DNA of 20,000 nt, taken from the IMG/VR virus record IMGVR_UViG_3300032116_021735; one strand, given 5' to 3'. Below are positions 17,406 to 20,000 of the stretch, in pieces. Numbering within the stretch: the first letter of the stretch is position 1; each line of letters begins with the position of its first letter. The notes under the pieces were generated by a model. The model was not told the DNA's origin. It did not search any database and was given only the letters and a program-made list of their open reading frames with translations. The position numbers and the translations under genes were made by a program. This stretch comes from an uncultured virus (IMG/VR IMGVR_UViG_3300032116_021735) (lineage: Duplodnaviria > Heunggongvirae > Uroviricota > Caudoviricetes).

Positions 17406-18701
17406 ATGGCAACAACTAAAGAGATTTTAGCCTCCGATAAAAAGACGACAAGATCTTTTCTCAATCAGCTGATCGATGTTTTGCAAGAAGACATTAGCTC
17501 TTCTGTGTCAAGAAGAAAATATCAAGTATTTGTGACTGGCGGGATAGGACCAGGAGTCACTTCGTCACTTTTTCAGACTGTTTATGACCAAGACTTTACT
17601 TTGCAGACAGCAAACCCAGTCTTTGATATTACTTTTGGTCTTTCTCCTGTCGATGCTGTTAAAAGTGATGGTTCAAACAATTCAGATGGAATTGCAGGAT
17701 CGACTTCGACAGCACAGGACATTACAGGAAAGTATCTTTATCCAAGCAGCTCTCTGATGATGAGAGAAAAAACTGACATTTACGGACAGTTTGCTCAGAC
17801 TCTTCTTGGAAGTAGAACATCCATGTTCAAGCTGCCCGTAGACACTTCTTTGACTACGACGACTACAACGACTGACATAGATGCAGCTCTTTTTATAGCA
17901 TTTAAACGCCTCTTTGCAAGAGACCAAATAAAGAGAGAGACTTTTGCAATGAGATTCTATCAGTCTGCTTCTTTCGTCAGCAGAACTGGTCCCAATGATG
18001 AGCCACCTGCGCTTGATTCTGCCGGAGTTCCAAACCTTTACGTTACTTCGACCTCTGGGTCTGCAATATTTACAGATATCGGATCGTCAGACTCAAGATA
18101 CTTTGAAGTGGGTGGTCAATATGGCTATCTAGTAAATGCTTCTAATACGTCAAATGCTGTAGGTTTAATCTACTATGATTCTGGTATGGTTGTTCTCGAT
18201 GCCGAGAAGATAGTTTCAGGATCTCAGTTTATCTCTGGGACCATTTCTGCAATGCATCCTCTTGGTAGAATTACTCTTGGTGGAACAGGAACAGAAACTG
18301 CAAGGAAAGCCAAGGTCGTCCCAGATCTCTTGACGTCTGGAAGCATAGATGACATTGTGGACCACTTTTGTTATTCAAGATTTGGAAGTGGTGCGCTCAC
18401 AGCCATGACCTTCCAGAATGTAACCAATATTAACTCTTCGCTCATATTCTGCAGGGCTTTACCGGATGATTTCAACTACTCCTCAAATCCAACTTACGTT
18501 GAGACATCAGGAGATTATCAAGGTAGACTAACCATCTATGATCCTGCAGTACCTGAAGATACTCAAGAGCCTTTTACTTACATTACTACGATCGGTCTTT
18601 ATGATAATGCAGGGGGCCTTTTAGCAGTTGCTAAGTTGAGCAGACCTGTTGAAAAAAATCCCGGAAGAGATCTTACATTTAGAGTTCGACTGGATTTTTG
18701 A
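17406..18701 (+). CDS. Putative virion structural protein with tail-collar/baseplate-like C-terminus
   Basis: The C-terminus FNYSSNPTY...TYITTIGLYDNAGGLLAVAKLSRPVEK...FRVRLDF resembles the I.EIGL.D..G.L.AVA..P..K end of tail-collar domains. The body is S/T/G-rich. Confidence 0.7.
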   Translation: MATTKEILASDKKTTRSFLNQLIDVLQEDISSSVSRRKYQVFVTGGIGPGVTSSLFQTVYDQDFTLQTANPVFDITFGLSPVDAVKSDGSNNSDGIAGSTSTAQDITGKYLYPSSSLMMREKTDIYGQFAQTLLGSRTSMFKLPVDTSLTTTTTTTDIDAALFIAFKRLFARDQIKRETFAMRFYQSASFVSRTGPNDEPPALDSAGVPNLYVTSTSGSAIFTDIGSSDSRYFEVGGQYGYLVNASNTSNAVGLIYYDSGMVVLDAEKIVSGSQFISGTISAMHPLGRITLGGTGTETARKAKVVPDLLTSGSIDDIVDHFCYSRFGSGALTAMTFQNVTNINSSLIFCRALPDDFNYSSNPTYVETSGDYQGRLTIYDPAVPEDTQEPFTYITTIGLYDNAGGLLAVAKLSRPVEKNPGRDLTFRVRLDF

Positions 18702-18709
18702 TATAAATT
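18702..18709 (+). promoter_or_regulatory. Putative phage late-type promoter motif TATAAATT
   Basis: It sits in the 21-bp gap before ATG 18723 and is identical to 1018-1025. Confidence 0.3.
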
Positions 18710-18722
18710 CTAGCGAACAACC

Positions 18723-20000
18723 ATGTCAGTCATCCGTGTTACAAAAAATGATGTTGAGAATTTTACTTTAGTAACAACGCCAAGTCGTGTCTATATTTCA
18801 AGCTCTATACAAGGTGTAACAGGATCAGTTAAGGTCTTTCCAAGACTTTCTTCAATAGAAAAAGACTCTGAGACCAACTTTGTTTTTAGCGATGCTTCAA
18901 CTGCACCGATAGATTCTAATTTTTCAAATTCTTCTAAGAGAATAGTAGATAAAGCTCGAACATTTAGGTCTCAGGGGCAATCAATTGAAGGAATTACAAG
19001 AAGCTATTTTGACCTAGTATCTTTGACAAAAACAAAGAAGGCTAGTGTTCTTGACATAGAAAGACTTACTCCGACTACAAGGCTGACAAAATATACTTTG
19101 ATAAAGAATAACATCAAAGATGTCTTGATGCCTTATTACAGGACTGATTACCCCACTAGTCACTGGGCATATACCAATTATCATTCTTTAAATTTCTTTA
19201 CGGCTTTTAATGGTAGCAATCAACTAGTTCCTACTTCGTCTGTTCTTCTATACCCGAACGTAAGTGACGAAGATGTCAGAACTGTCGAAGGTTATGCTTC
19301 TGGTTCTTACCTTTTTGAAAAGGGATTTACGTTCGACTTTTACATAAACCCGAGATACAAGGAAGACGGAATAGACCCAGGACACTTTAAGTCAGGAACA
19401 ATATTTCATTTATCTTCCAGCTATTGTGTTTCTCTAGTTACAGGTTCTAGAAAAGACCCAAATGGCCTACCAGAAGGATTTAGATTGCAACTGCAGCTAA
19501 GTCACAGTGCAGATAGATCTCCTTCAAAAGCTATCCCGGGAACATATCCGAATGATTTAATTTTTCTATCGTCAGATAACTCTCTCTTTTATAACCACTG
19601 GCATCACGTAGTCATTAGATGGGGGACAAACACAATAAACAACGGAACTGGTTCCTTCATAATAGACGGCATAAATGCTGGCAACTTTGTGATACCTTCT
19701 TCGTCTCTTCTGCCAGCTTCGTTTACAAATTCTCTCAATCCTGACGTTCTTTGCATTGGCAATTATTATGAAGGAACAAACACTGGCGTCGATTCAATGA
19801 GTTTGTTCTTCAATCCCAATAATTCAAAAAGAGATGGAGTAGATCAATTAACAAGTGAGCCTGGAGATCCCAGCTACGATGGACCAGTTTTCTATAAATT
19901 TGAGCATCCTCTAAAGGCAGAAATACACGATCTAGTTTTTAGAAGATACTATCTTTCAGATTTAGAACTATCATCTACAGGTTCTAGGGGAATTGGATAT
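18723..20000 (+). CDS. LamG/concanavalin A-like domain structural protein; 3'-partial (absent from the ORF track)
   Basis: Manual translation is open from ATG 18723 (MSVIRVTKNDVENFTL...) to the window end. LamG-like pattern: FTFDFYINP...NHWHHVVIRW...FIIDG...LCIGN...LKAEIHDLVFRRYYLSDLEL. Confidence 0.8.
   Translation, partial: MSVIRVTKNDVENFTLVTTPSRVYISSSIQGVTGSVKVFPRLSSIEKDSETNFVFSDASTAPIDSNFSNSSKRIVDKARTFRSQGQSIEGITRSYFDLVSLTKTKKASVLDIERLTPTTRLTKYTLIKNNIKDVLMPYYRTDYPTSHWAYTNYHSLNFFTAFNGSNQLVPTSSVLLYPNVSDEDVRTVEGYASGSYLFEKGFTFDFYINPRYKEDGIDPGHFKSGTIFHLSSSYCVSLVTGSRKDPNGLPEGFRLQLQLSHSADRSPSKAIPGTYPNDLIFLSSDNSLFYNHWHHVVIRWGTNTINNGTGSFIIDGINAGNFVIPSSSLLPASFTNSLNPDVLCIGNYYEGTNTGVDSMSLFFNPNNSKRDGVDQLTSEPGDPSYDGPVFYKFEHPLKAEIHDLVFRRYYLSDLELSSTGSRGIGY

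Noticed and set aside
17853..17873. ACN repeat encoding seven Thr
   Set aside because: Mixed codons, so it is a protein linker rather than a slippage or phase-variation tract.
538..17927. Minus-strand and nested ORFs in the track (e.g. 538-840, 2140-2484, 5956-6351, 11860-12063, 12392-12748, 17682-17927)
   Set aside because: They lie within well-supported + strand genes, have no motifs, and look like shadow ORFs.
1..20000. Cellular chromosome or eukaryotic giant-virus origin
   Set aside because: SD sites, sigma70-like elements and coupled genes indicate a bacterial host. The mix of lone host-like genes and large tail-like proteins fits a jumbo phage, although no capsid or terminase gene is in the window to prove it.

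Overview
This window looks like part of a large (jumbo-type) tailed-phage genome. It is densely coding, almost all on the + strand, uses the standard genetic code, and shows no rRNA, tRNA, CRISPR array or transposase. The left part (1-6484) carries a degenerate GroEL-like protein, three small hypothetical genes (one with Cys/His motifs), a ClpP with an intact triad, a DinG/XPD-type Fe-S helicase, an Hc1-like histone H1 protein, a stand-alone Cys-rich sigma70 region-4 protein (the only likely - strand gene) and a PIN-PhoH protein. The right part (6536-20000) is a putative virion structural module: two paralogues with a tail-collar-like N-terminus, two FN3-like repeat proteins, a 1316-aa unknown, a protein with a tail-collar-like C-terminus and a partial LamG-domain protein. 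The main oddities are a sharp gene-by-gene GC/codon mosaic, a chaperonin that appears to have lost its ATPase domain, a repeated palindrome flanking the Hc1 unit, and a tail-collar-like domain apparently split across two genes. All family calls come from motif recognition by eye, not from database searches.
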